A stretch of 27,583 bases of DNA, taken from NCBI GenBank assembly GCA_964581315.1, contig CAZONG010000001.1, positions 1 through 27,583 on the forward strand, in the 5' to 3' direction. Below, piece by piece: positions 1 through 7,836 of this stretch. The position numbers and the translations under genes were made by a program. The notes below the pieces were generated by a model. The model saw only the letters and a program-made list of their open reading frames with translations. It was not told where the DNA came from and ran no database searches. The first letter of the stretch is position 1. Every line of letters starts with the position of its first letter. The stretch comes from Candidatus Woesearchaeota archaeon. Lineage in GTDB: Archaea > Nanobdellota > Nanobdellia > Pacearchaeales > GW2011-AR1.

Positions 1-1226
1 GCTATTTTCATAATTGGTTCCCAATCTGGGTCAGTCATAGTTGTAACTAAAACTTCTCCTTTTTTGAAAGAATTTATTCCTGAAGCGTCTTTAATTACTC
101 TCACTTTTCCTGATCCAATTCTTGAACCAACACTTTTTCCTTTAACTAAAAGTTTTCCTTTTTCACTTAAAACATATTCTTCAAGAAGATTCAAGTCTTT
201 TCTACTTTGAACTGTTTCAGGTCTTGCCTGAACAATAAAAAGTTTGTTTAATTTTCCGTCTTTTGCCCATTCCATATCCATTGGTTTACCATAATGTTCT
301 TCAATAGTTACTGCCCATTTTGCTAATTTTAAAATTTCTTCGTCGTTAATTGAATAATTTAAAGCATCTTCATTTTTTACTGGAACATTTTTTACTGGAT
401 TACTTTTGTCTCCAGAATAAATCATTTTTATTTTTTTGTCTCCAACTTTTTTTGAGACTATTGACTTAAATCCTTTTTTCAAAGTTTCTTTGTGCACATA
501 AAATTCATCAGGATTTACTGCACCTTGAACAATATTTTCTCCTAATCCATAAATTGAAGTAATGTAAACTACATTCTTGAAACCGGATTCAGTGTCAATT
601 GAAAACATGACTCCGGAAGAAGCAAGGTCACTACGAACCATTTTTTGAATTCCAATTGAAAGTGCGACGTCAAAGTGGCTAAACCCTTTGTCAACTCTAT
701 ATGAAATTGCTCTATCTGTAAAAAGTGAAGCAAAAGATTTTTTACACGCTTCCAAAATTTTTTCTTCTCCACGAACATTCAAATAAGTGTCTTGTTGACC
801 AGCAAAAGAAGCGTCTGGCAAATCTTCAGCGGTTGCCGACGAACGAACTGCAACGTCAGTATTTTTTTCTTTATATTCATTAGACAATTTTTTATAGTGA
901 ACAATTATTTCTTTAGAAATTTCTTCAGGTATCTCCGCTTTCAAAATTGCTTCACGAACTTTTTTTCCGTGAGCCATTAAGTTCTTTGTACTTTTTGTGT
1001 TCAAGGTAGATAAAATTTCTTTTATTTTTTCTTTCAATCCCGTCGTACTCAAAAAATGCCTATAAGCAAAAGCAGTTACAGCAAATCCGTTTGGAACGTC
1101 AACACCTTTTCTTTTTAGTTCTCGATACATTTCTCCAAGAGAAGCATTTTTTCCTCCAGCGAGTGGAATGTCTTCAATTCCCAATTCATCAAAAGGAATC
1201 ACAAAAGCAGTTTCTTTATTTTTCAC
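1..1226 (-). CDS. ppsA: Phosphoenolpyruvate synthase (pyruvate, water dikinase); N-terminal ~408 codons, runs off the window edge
   Basis: Not in the ORF track. GTG start at 1226 with a GAGGTGA Shine-Dalgarno upstream. Reads FDELGIEDIPLAGGKNASLGEM at the N-terminus, AVRSSATAEDLPDASFAGQQDTYLN, and TMTDPDWEPIMK at the window edge; the two ends are in the same frame. Confidence 0.95.
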   Translation of the reverse strand, partial: MKNKETAFVIPFDELGIEDIPLAGGKNASLGEMYRELKRKGVDVPNGFAVTAFAYRHFLSTTGLKEKIKEILSTLNTKSTKNLMAHGKKVREAILKAEIPEEISKEIIVHYKKLSNEYKEKNTDVAVRSSATAEDLPDASFAGQQDTYLNVRGEEKILEACKKSFASLFTDRAISYRVDKGFSHFDVALSIGIQKMVRSDLASSGVMFSIDTESGFKNVVYITSIYGLGENIVQGAVNPDEFYVHKETLKKGFKSIVSKKVGDKKIKMIYSGDKSNPVKNVPVKNEDALNYSINDEEILKLAKWAVTIEEHYGKPMDMEWAKDGKLNKLFIVQARPETVQSRKDLNLLEEYVLSEKGKLLVKGKSVGSRIGSGKVRVIKDASGINSFKKGEVLVTTMTDPDWEPIMKI

Positions 1227-1229
1227 ATT

Positions 1230-1259
1230 AGTCACCTCTAGTTCAAATAAAGAGTGACT
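1230..1259 (-). promoter_or_regulatory. Hairpin overlapping the ppsA Shine-Dalgarno site
   Basis: Minus-strand AGTCACTCT-(11 nt)-AGAGGTGACT forms 9 bp with one bulged G; the 3' arm contains GAGGTGA. Confidence 0.45.
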
Positions 1260-1274
1260 GATTTATAAGGGTTT

Positions 1275-1709
1275 TTAGTTTTCTTTGGATCTTTTTAACT
1301 GTCCAGCTTTTTCATATTCTTCGTTTCTCAAAGCTTTTTCAAGTTTTTCTTCTAAGGAACCCTTCCCTTTTATCCTCTTTTTTATTATTCCTTTATGGTC
1401 CAATAATGCTATCCCTTTTTCTTCAATCAGTTCTAAATAATCTTCTTTTTCTATGAATGTTCTTTTTGCACAATAATCTTTTGATTTATTTAAATTTACA
1501 ATAAAATCATCTTTTCTCGGACCAATTCTTTTCACATGTAAAATATATTTTCCTTTTGGGTCGTAGTCTTCGGAAATTTCTTCATCGAGGAAGAGAAAGT
1601 GTTTATCATATTCGTAATGAATTTCTAGTGCTTCTTTGTACGCCCAGGCCTCTTCACCAATTCCTAAATCAAAAATTGTTCTGTTTAAATTTCCTTCTAG
1701 AGAACCCAT
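1275..1709 (-). CDS. Hypothetical protein with a C-terminal UvrB/UvrC (UVR) coiled-coil motif
   Basis: 144-aa ORF ending LEEKLEKALRNEEYEKAGQLK, which matches the UVR consensus; the N-terminal part is not recognised. Confidence 0.7.
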   Translation of the reverse strand: MGSLEGNLNRTIFDLGIGEEAWAYKEALEIHYEYDKHFLFLDEEISEDYDPKGKYILHVKRIGPRKDDFIVNLNKSKDYCAKRTFIEKEDYLELIEEKGIALLDHKGIIKKRIKGKGSLEEKLEKALRNEEYEKAGQLKRSKEN

Positions 1710-1789
1710 TATCTTTTGAATTCATCTTTGTTTTTAATCTTTATTGAGTTAAAGAAAACATTATAAAAGTCAATTTTTTTGTTTTTCCA

Positions 1790-2584
1790 ATGGAAAGTTA
1801 TGAACTTATTGCAGAAATGTTTGAAAAAATGAATGAAGGGAGTGATGAATCTGTTCATTTTATTAAGGACATTTCTAAAAATCATCCTTGTCCGATTGTT
1901 AGGCATGAAGCTGTTTTTTGTATTGGGGAAACGGCTTCAAAAGATTCTGTCAAATTCTTGAAAAAAGTTGTAGAGGAAGATTCTAATTATGTTGTAAAAC
2001 ATGAAGCACTCGTTGCTATTGGAACTCTTGGTTCAGTCGAAGACATTCCTTTTTTAGAAAAGTATATTTGGGATGAGATTCCTGAAATTTCTAATTCAGC
2101 ACTTGTTGGAATTCAAAGAATAAAAGATTCTGAAGAATTTTTGTCAGATGTGAAAAACAATAAAGAAAGATATATAGAAGATTTGAAAGATTTTTCTAAA
2201 GAAACTCAAAACAGAAGAATTCAGATTTTGTTTCAGCTGATGCTTACTCCCGACGAAGATTCAATTAATGCAATTAGTTTTTCTTTAAAGAATGACCCTT
2301 CAACTGTAGTTAGACATGAAGCCGGATTTGTTTTAGGCGAAATTGGAACTCTTTATGCTGTAGAAAAAATGAAAGAGGCCTTGGAAGAAGAAAAATCTCC
2401 AATTGTAATTCATGAAACTCTTTTTGCTCTTGGAACTAGTGGCAAAAAAGAAGCATTAGAAACTATTGAAAAATTTTTAGATAGTGAAGATTATGTTATA
2501 AGTGAATCAGCTAAAGTAGCAAGAGATAGATTAATTTATTTGAAGAACCCTTATTCTGGAGCAAGACATTTTAAAGAAAATTAG
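1790..2584 (+). CDS. HEAT-repeat protein with four His-Glu motifs, deoxyhypusine hydroxylase (DOHH)-like
   Basis: HE motifs at H39/E40, H71/E72, H176/E177 and H208/E209, in two pseudo-symmetric halves; C-terminal VISESAKVARD resembles the last DOHH repeat. Confidence 0.75.
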   Translation: MESYELIAEMFEKMNEGSDESVHFIKDISKNHPCPIVRHEAVFCIGETASKDSVKFLKKVVEEDSNYVVKHEALVAIGTLGSVEDIPFLEKYIWDEIPEISNSALVGIQRIKDSEEFLSDVKNNKERYIEDLKDFSKETQNRRIQILFQLMLTPDEDSINAISFSLKNDPSTVVRHEAGFVLGEIGTLYAVEKMKEALEEEKSPIVIHETLFALGTSGKKEALETIEKFLDSEDYVISESAKVARDRLIYLKNPYSGARHFKEN

Positions 2585-2590
2585 TGAGAT

Positions 2591-2899
2591 TTAATCTTTC
2601 ATCTCAATTTTGATATTAACTGATTTTGGAACTTTCATCCTCATAATGTGGTGAAGAACTTTTTCGTTTGCAGGGAGATCAATAAGTCTTTTATGAATTC
2701 TCATTTCGAATCTGTCAAAAGTTGCAGTTCCGTCTCCACATGGAGATTTTCTTGTTGTAACTTTTAACTTTTTAGTTGGAAGTGGAACTGGTCCAGAAAT
2801 TGCGATTCCAGAACTCTTTGACAAGTCTTTAATAGAGTTACAAATCTCGTTGAGCATTCCAATATCTGTTGAGTTTAATTTGATTCTTACTTTAGCCAT
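2591..2899 (-). CDS. rpsJ: 30S ribosomal protein uS10, archaeal type
   Basis: GPVPLPTKKLKVTTRKSPCGDGTATFDRFEMRIHKRLIDL. Confidence 0.98.
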   Translation of the reverse strand: MAKVRIKLNSTDIGMLNEICNSIKDLSKSSGIAISGPVPLPTKKLKVTTRKSPCGDGTATFDRFEMRIHKRLIDLPANEKVLHHIMRMKVPKSVNIKIEMKD

Positions 2900-2970
2900 A
2901 TTGAATAAATTACTGAATGGTTTAAAAAGCTTTTTATATCCTTTCTCATTAATATTTTAAAGAGGGGAAA

Positions 2971-4674
2971 ATGGACAGCACTTTTATTCAATTAGCAGTG
3001 ATTCTTTTGGCTGCATTTGTGGTTTCGTATATCATTCGGGCGTTAAATCAGCCTTTGATAATTGGGTATATTATTGCTGGAATGATTATAAGTCCTTTTT
3101 TGGTTGGAATTGGGACTTCAACGGAGGCAATTAAAATTTTTAGTGAAATTGGTATTTCTTTTCTTCTTTTCATTGTTGGGCTTCACTTAAACCCGAAAGT
3201 AATAAAAGAGATAGGTGGGGCGTCACTAATAATCGGTCTTGGTCAAATGGTTTTAACTTTTGGTGCAACTTTTTTAGTTTCTAATTATTTATTGGATGTA
3301 GGAATTATTCCCTCAATTTATTATGGAATTGCAATTTCATTTTCTTCAACAATTATTGTAATGAAAATTTTGTCAGATGAAAAACAACTTGATTCACTTT
3401 CTTCAAAAATTTCTATTGGAATTTTAATTGTTCAAGATTTAATTGCTGTTGCGGTTTTAATTTTTATTTCTTCAATTTCAGGAATTGACAACTCTAGTAC
3501 ATTAACAAGTTTCCTTGCCGGAGGAATTTTAGTTGTTGTTCTTTTTTTAGCAGGATATTTCATTTTACCTAAGATAACTAAAAAAATTGCAAAGTCTCAA
3601 GAACTTCTTTTCTTGTTTTCAATTTGTTGGTGTTTTGTCCTTGCTGCACTTTTCTTGTATGTAGGGTTTTCAATGGAAATTGGTTCACTTTTAGCAGGGG
3701 TTATTCTTTCAACTAGTCCATATGCAACAGAAATCTCTTCTAAAATCAGACCCTTAAGAGATTTCTTTTTAATAATTTTCTTTATAATTCTTGGACTTAA
3801 GATGCAAATTTCAGAAGTTTCAACTGTTTTAATTCCTGCAATTATTCTTTCTGGAATTGCTTTAGTTTTCAAACCTTTTGTTTTGATGACTCTTGGAAGA
3901 TGGTTTAAGTACACTAAGAGAACAAACTTCCTTGTTGGTTCAACACTTGCACAAATTTCAGAGTTTTCTTTAATTGTTGCGGCACTTGGGCTTTCCGTTG
4001 GACAAATAAATTCAACTGTGTTTAATACAATTGTTTTAACTTTGATAATAACAATTTTCTTGTCAAGTTATTCAATTACTTATTCAGGACAAATTTATAA
4101 CAAATTTTCTAATATGCTCTCCATCTTTGAAAGTAAGAAAATAAGAAAAGAGAATAAAATAAAAAAGCAATATGACACAATTCTTTTTGGATATAATCGA
4201 ATAGGATTTAGTATTTTAAATGCATTGAAGAGTTTGAAAAGAAAATATCTTGTAGTTGATTTTAACCCGGACACAATAAACAGTTTGAAAAAATTTGGAA
4301 TTCCTGCTCTTTATGGAGATGTTTATGATATGGATTTTTTGGATGAATTAAATCTTGAGGGACTAACTTTAGTTGTTTCAACAATTCCAGATATAGAAAC
4401 AAATGAACTTTTGATTGAAACAGTCAGGGCAATTAACAAGAAAGCTGTTATTGTTTTAAGGGCTCACACAATTGAAGACGCTTTGAAACTTTATGAAGAA
4501 GGAGCAAATTATGTTTTAACTCCACACTTTTTAGGAGGAGAATACGTTGCGAAGATGATTCAACATTCTAAAAGTAAAGACAAAGACTATCGGGATGAAA
4601 AAGGAAAGCACTTGAAAATGCTAAAGGAAATGCTTTCTAAAGGTGCAGAGCATCCCGAAGTTGAGAAGAATTAA
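2971..4674 (+). CDS. CPA2/Kef-type cation:proton antiporter with a C-terminal TrkA-N (KTN) domain
   Basis: About 12-13 hydrophobic segments; motifs EIGISFLLFIVGLHL, IGILIVQD and LAQISEFS; cytoplasmic GYNRIG...VVDFNP...YGD domain. Confidence 0.92.
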   Translation: MDSTFIQLAVILLAAFVVSYIIRALNQPLIIGYIIAGMIISPFLVGIGTSTEAIKIFSEIGISFLLFIVGLHLNPKVIKEIGGASLIIGLGQMVLTFGATFLVSNYLLDVGIIPSIYYGIAISFSSTIIVMKILSDEKQLDSLSSKISIGILIVQDLIAVAVLIFISSISGIDNSSTLTSFLAGGILVVVLFLAGYFILPKITKKIAKSQELLFLFSICWCFVLAALFLYVGFSMEIGSLLAGVILSTSPYATEISSKIRPLRDFFLIIFFIILGLKMQISEVSTVLIPAIILSGIALVFKPFVLMTLGRWFKYTKRTNFLVGSTLAQISEFSLIVAALGLSVGQINSTVFNTIVLTLIITIFLSSYSITYSGQIYNKFSNMLSIFESKKIRKENKIKKQYDTILFGYNRIGFSILNALKSLKRKYLVVDFNPDTINSLKKFGIPALYGDVYDMDFLDELNLEGLTLVVSTIPDIETNELLIETVRAINKKAVIVLRAHTIEDALKLYEEGANYVLTPHFLGGEYVAKMIQHSKSKDKDYRDEKGKHLKMLKEMLSKGAEHPEVEKN

Positions 4675-5357
4675 TTCTTTTTTTCGTCTTCCTCTTCTTC
4701 CTTAATTGTGTCTTCGGCTTTGATTTCTCTTTCGTCATAAATTCCAAAAGCCATAAAGATTATATCTAAGATTCTTAAGAAAAATTCAAGAATTACAATG
4801 AAAATTAAATAAGTCCATATTTCAGAAAAGAAAGTTGGGATTAATTGGATTTGTTCTATTATTTTATTAAAATCGAAAAGTCCTTGGGAAATTGCAACTG
4901 TTAAAAGTGTGAAAGGGATAAGTTTTGCAAGGTCTCTTGCCAACTCTTCTTTGTAATAGGAAGTCATTCTTATTGCTGCGACAATTGTAACTGAAATTAT
5001 CAAAATTGTTTGAAGTTCAAGTGCTTTAGTTAAAAGCATTAAAAAGAAAGTAAAAACTCCAAACCACAAAAATACAACTGCTGGAAGAATAATTAAATAT
5101 TCTAAAAAGTAAATTCCTCCCCCGATTATCTTTGAAAAAACTATGTGCTCTGAATGATTAAACCTGGACAAATTAAGTTTAAGGATGTCTTTACGGGCAA
5201 TCCACCTATAAAACTTCCAAATGAATATAGAATAAATTACTAAGAGTATTGACCATAAAAAAAGGCTTACATAATTTTGGGACCAGGAAGGCAACATTTG
5301 GACAAAACCAGAATAAAGATTTCCAAGAGAACCTGCTAACCCCGTTTCTATCACCAT
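4671..5357 (-). CDS. Hypothetical integral membrane protein
   Basis: 228-aa ORF with about 5 hydrophobic segments and an acidic tail; has its own start divergent from serS. Confidence 0.8.
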   Translation of the reverse strand: MVIETGLAGSLGNLYSGFVQMLPSWSQNYVSLFLWSILLVIYSIFIWKFYRWIARKDILKLNLSRFNHSEHIVFSKIIGGGIYFLEYLIILPAVVFLWFGVFTFFLMLLTKALELQTILIISVTIVAAIRMTSYYKEELARDLAKLIPFTLLTVAISQGLFDFNKIIEQIQLIPTFFSEIWTYLIFIVILEFFLRILDIIFMAFGIYDEREIKAEDTIKEEEEDEKKN

Positions 5358-5432
5358 GTTTCAACTAGGAACTTCTTACTTTTAAATTTATTGAGTGCTA
5401 AAATTTAAATATGTGGTTCTTCTTTTGTTTTA

Positions 5433-6719
5433 ATGATTGATATAAACGTTTTAAGGGAAAATCCAAAAAGAGTAAGAGAAAACATAAAAAAGAAGTTTCA
5501 AGATTCTAAACTTCCTCTGGTTGACGAAATTCTAAAAATTGATGAAAAGTGGAGAAAATTAAAATATGACGAAGACGAGTTAAGGTCAAAAAGAAACAAG
5601 GTTTCTAAAAGTATTGCTGAACTTGTCAAAAAGGGTGAGAAAAAAGAAGTTGAAAAATTAAAAAAAGAAGCTAAAAAAATTCCTGAAGAAATTGAAAAAA
5701 TTGGTGTGAAAAGAAAAAAGTTTGAAGAAGAAATTAAAGTTATTTTGATGAAAATTCCTAATTTCATTCATGATTCGGTTCCAATTGGAAAAGATGAAAA
5801 TGAGAATAAAGAAATTAAAAAAATTGGAGAACCGAAAGTTCCAGATTACAAAATTTTTAATCATGCGGAGTTAGCTGAGAAACTTCATGCTGTTGACTTT
5901 GACACTGCAAGAAAAGTTTCTGGAAATGGTTTTTATTACCTTAAAGGAGATTTGTCAAGACTTCATTCAGCATTGATTTCTTTTGGTAAAGATTATATGA
6001 TTCAGAAAGGGTTTGAATTTGTAATTCCACCATTTATGATAAGAAGTGAAGTTGTCGACGGAGTTATGAGTTTTGAAGAGAAAGACAACATGATGTATAA
6101 AGTTGAAGGAGAAGATTTGTATTTAATTGGAACAAGTGAACACTCTTTAATTGGAATGTTTATGAATGAAAAACTTAATGGAAAAAATTTACCAATTAAA
6201 ATTACTGGGGTTTCCCCTTGCTTCAGAAAAGAAGTTGGAGCTCACGGAATTGAAGAAAAAGGGTTTTACAGAGTTCATCAGTTTGAAAAACAAGAGATGA
6301 TTGTTGTTTGTGACCCGGAAGAATCTTTTGAATGGTATCAAAAAATGTTGGATTTTTCGGTTGATGTTTTTAAACAAATTGGAATTCCAGTTAGAATTTT
6401 AGAATGTTGCAGTGGAGACTTAGCAGACTTAAAAGCAAAATCTGCTGACGTTGAAGCTTGGAGTCCAAGGCAAAAGAAATATTTTGAAGTTGGAAGTTGT
6501 TCAAATTTAACAGATGCACAAGCACGTAGACTTAACATTCGTGCAGAAAAAAATGGGGAAATTTACTTTGTTCACACTCTTAACAACACAGTCCTTGCTT
6601 CTCCAAGGGCTTTAATTGCATTAATGGAAAACTTTCAACAGAAAGATGGGACAATTTTAATTCCAAAAGTTTTACAACCTTACATGTCTGGAATGAAAAA
6701 AATAGAAGTTAAAAATTAA
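5433..6719 (+). CDS. serS: Serine--tRNA ligase (standard type)
   Basis: N-terminal coiled-coil arm, GTSEHSL, motif 2 FRKE...RVHQFEKQE, motif 3 HTLNNT...RALIALMEN. Confidence 0.98.
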   Translation: MIDINVLRENPKRVRENIKKKFQDSKLPLVDEILKIDEKWRKLKYDEDELRSKRNKVSKSIAELVKKGEKKEVEKLKKEAKKIPEEIEKIGVKRKKFEEEIKVILMKIPNFIHDSVPIGKDENENKEIKKIGEPKVPDYKIFNHAELAEKLHAVDFDTARKVSGNGFYYLKGDLSRLHSALISFGKDYMIQKGFEFVIPPFMIRSEVVDGVMSFEEKDNMMYKVEGEDLYLIGTSEHSLIGMFMNEKLNGKNLPIKITGVSPCFRKEVGAHGIEEKGFYRVHQFEKQEMIVVCDPEESFEWYQKMLDFSVDVFKQIGIPVRILECCSGDLADLKAKSADVEAWSPRQKKYFEVGSCSNLTDAQARRLNIRAEKNGEIYFVHTLNNTVLASPRALIALMENFQQKDGTILIPKVLQPYMSGMKKIEVKN

Positions 6720-7129
6720 ATTGATAAATGTTTTTTTATTCCTGTTAAATAATTATCATTTCCATCATGAATCCCATTAATTTTTTGTTCATGTATGATG
6801 GAATATTCTTTTTTTGAAAGGACATTCTCCATCCCACTTCTTAGACTAAAAAAAAATCTAGAAGTATCTGAAGAAGAGTCTGTTCTTATTCCTGCTTCAG
6901 CAGCATATTTTATTAAATTGGTTAACTTTTCTGCAATAAAATTAACCCCTTCATCATAAGCAGTTATTTTTGGTCTCATTACTCTTATTTTTTCTAATTC
7001 GGCAATGTTTCTTAAGAAGAGATTTTCTTTTTTAGATTCTTTAGAGTCTTCACTAAACAATTCTTTTCCTAAATTTTCTATATCTTTTTCTAAGTTTTTT
7101 ATTACCATTTTGATTGTTTTTTCTTTCAT
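6716..7129 (-). CDS. Hypothetical protein
   Basis: 137-aa ORF with a TATA-like element (GAAACTCTTTTAAAT) upstream; no family recognised. Confidence 0.7.
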   Translation of the reverse strand: MKEKTIKMVIKNLEKDIENLGKELFSEDSKESKKENLFLRNIAELEKIRVMRPKITAYDEGVNFIAEKLTNLIKYAAEAGIRTDSSSDTSRFFFSLRSGMENVLSKKEYSIIHEQKINGIHDGNDNYLTGIKKHLSI

Positions 7130-7205
7130 ATCACTTCAGTAAGTCTATTTTGAGTCCATTTAAAAGAGTTTCTATTCAGGAAATAAACACTTTTTTTAAA
7201 TTTTC

Positions 7206-7246
7206 AAAAAAAAGGTGGGAGCAAAAATCCGAAGATTTATACTCCC
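7206..7246 (-). terminator. Intrinsic-terminator-like hairpin with a cUUCGg loop and U8 tract
   Basis: Minus strand GGGAGtatAAATC-TTCG-GATTTttgCTCCC acc TTTTTTTT. Confidence 0.65.
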
Positions 7247-7254
7247 GTGCTTAA

Positions 7255-7290
7255 TTAAAATTTAACCGAAGTCAAACTAAAATTAAACAT
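7255..7290 (-). CDS. Candidate 11-aa micropeptide (MFNFSLTSVKF) or short sRNA
   Basis: ATG 25 nt downstream of the start of the TATA-like CTTAAA in CGAAAATTACTTAAACCC, followed directly by the terminator-like hairpin. Confidence 0.3.
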   Translation of the reverse strand: MFNFSLTSVKF

Positions 7291-7388
7291 TAATTTATAG
7301 TAAAGAGGGTTTAAGTAATTTTCGGTTTCCGACGGATTTTGATTGGGTTAAAATTGTGAGGATATCATTTTATCGACGACAAAATTAT

Positions 7389-7640
7389 TTAATCAAACCA
7401 GCCCAATTTTTGATTTCTTGGAAGTTGTTTTATTTCGTATTCGCATTTGCATGCGTCTGACTTATTTTTGCATTCTTTTGCCTTGAGAAGTTCTTTAAAA
7501 CCTTTTTTAGCGACGTATTTACTTCCCTTTCCTGACGCATGAGCTTTCATTCTTTTATCAATCTCATTTGTAACTCCTGTATAAAATGAGCCGTCAGAAC
7601 ATTCTAAAATATAAACAAACCATGGTTTAGATTTTTCCAT
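7389..7640 (-). CDS. GIY-YIG nuclease family protein (UPF0213-like, stand-alone)
   Basis: WFVYILECSDGSFYTGVTNEIDKRMKAHASGKGSKY...CEYEIKQL. Confidence 0.92.
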   Translation of the reverse strand: MEKSKPWFVYILECSDGSFYTGVTNEIDKRMKAHASGKGSKYVAKKGFKELLKAKECKNKSDACKCEYEIKQLPRNQKLGWFD

Positions 7641-7702
7641 AACTTAAACAAGGAGATAGAAGTTAAAAAATAATTGGTAGGATTTATCCTTTTGATTTGG
7701 GA

Positions 7703-7773
7703 CGAGGACAGGGGGAATCGAACCCCCTCCGAGCGGTCTGGAGCCGCTAATTCTACCTTTAAACTATGTCCCC
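7703..7773 (-). tRNA. tRNA-Trp (CCA), 71 nt, no intron, 3' CCA not encoded
   Basis: Cloverleaf: GGGGACA/TGTCCTC acceptor, AGCGG-CT CCA GA-CCGCT anticodon arm, GGGGG-TTCGATT-CCCCC T arm, discriminator G. Confidence 0.95.
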
Positions 7774-7836
7774 TTTAGTATTAATATTTAAAAAGTTTAA
7801 TTTAAATATCTAACTATAATCAAAGGATTAATTAAA

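Noticed and set aside
569-980. ORF-track entries 569..778 (-) and 792..980 (+)
   Set aside because: Both are off-frame or antisense shadows inside ppsA.
1556-1906. ORFs 1556..1747 (+) and 1709..1906 (-)
   Set aside because: They are antisense to better-supported genes and have no recognisable motifs.
7264-7327. Inverted repeat AACCGAA / TTCGGTT
   Set aside because: Only 7 bp with a 50-nt spacer, and one arm lies in the presumed promoter; likely chance.
7389-7640. GIY-YIG gene as a homing endonuclease or mobile element at tRNA-Trp
   Set aside because: It is an 83-aa stand-alone UPF0213-type domain with no DNA-binding extension and no flanking repeats.
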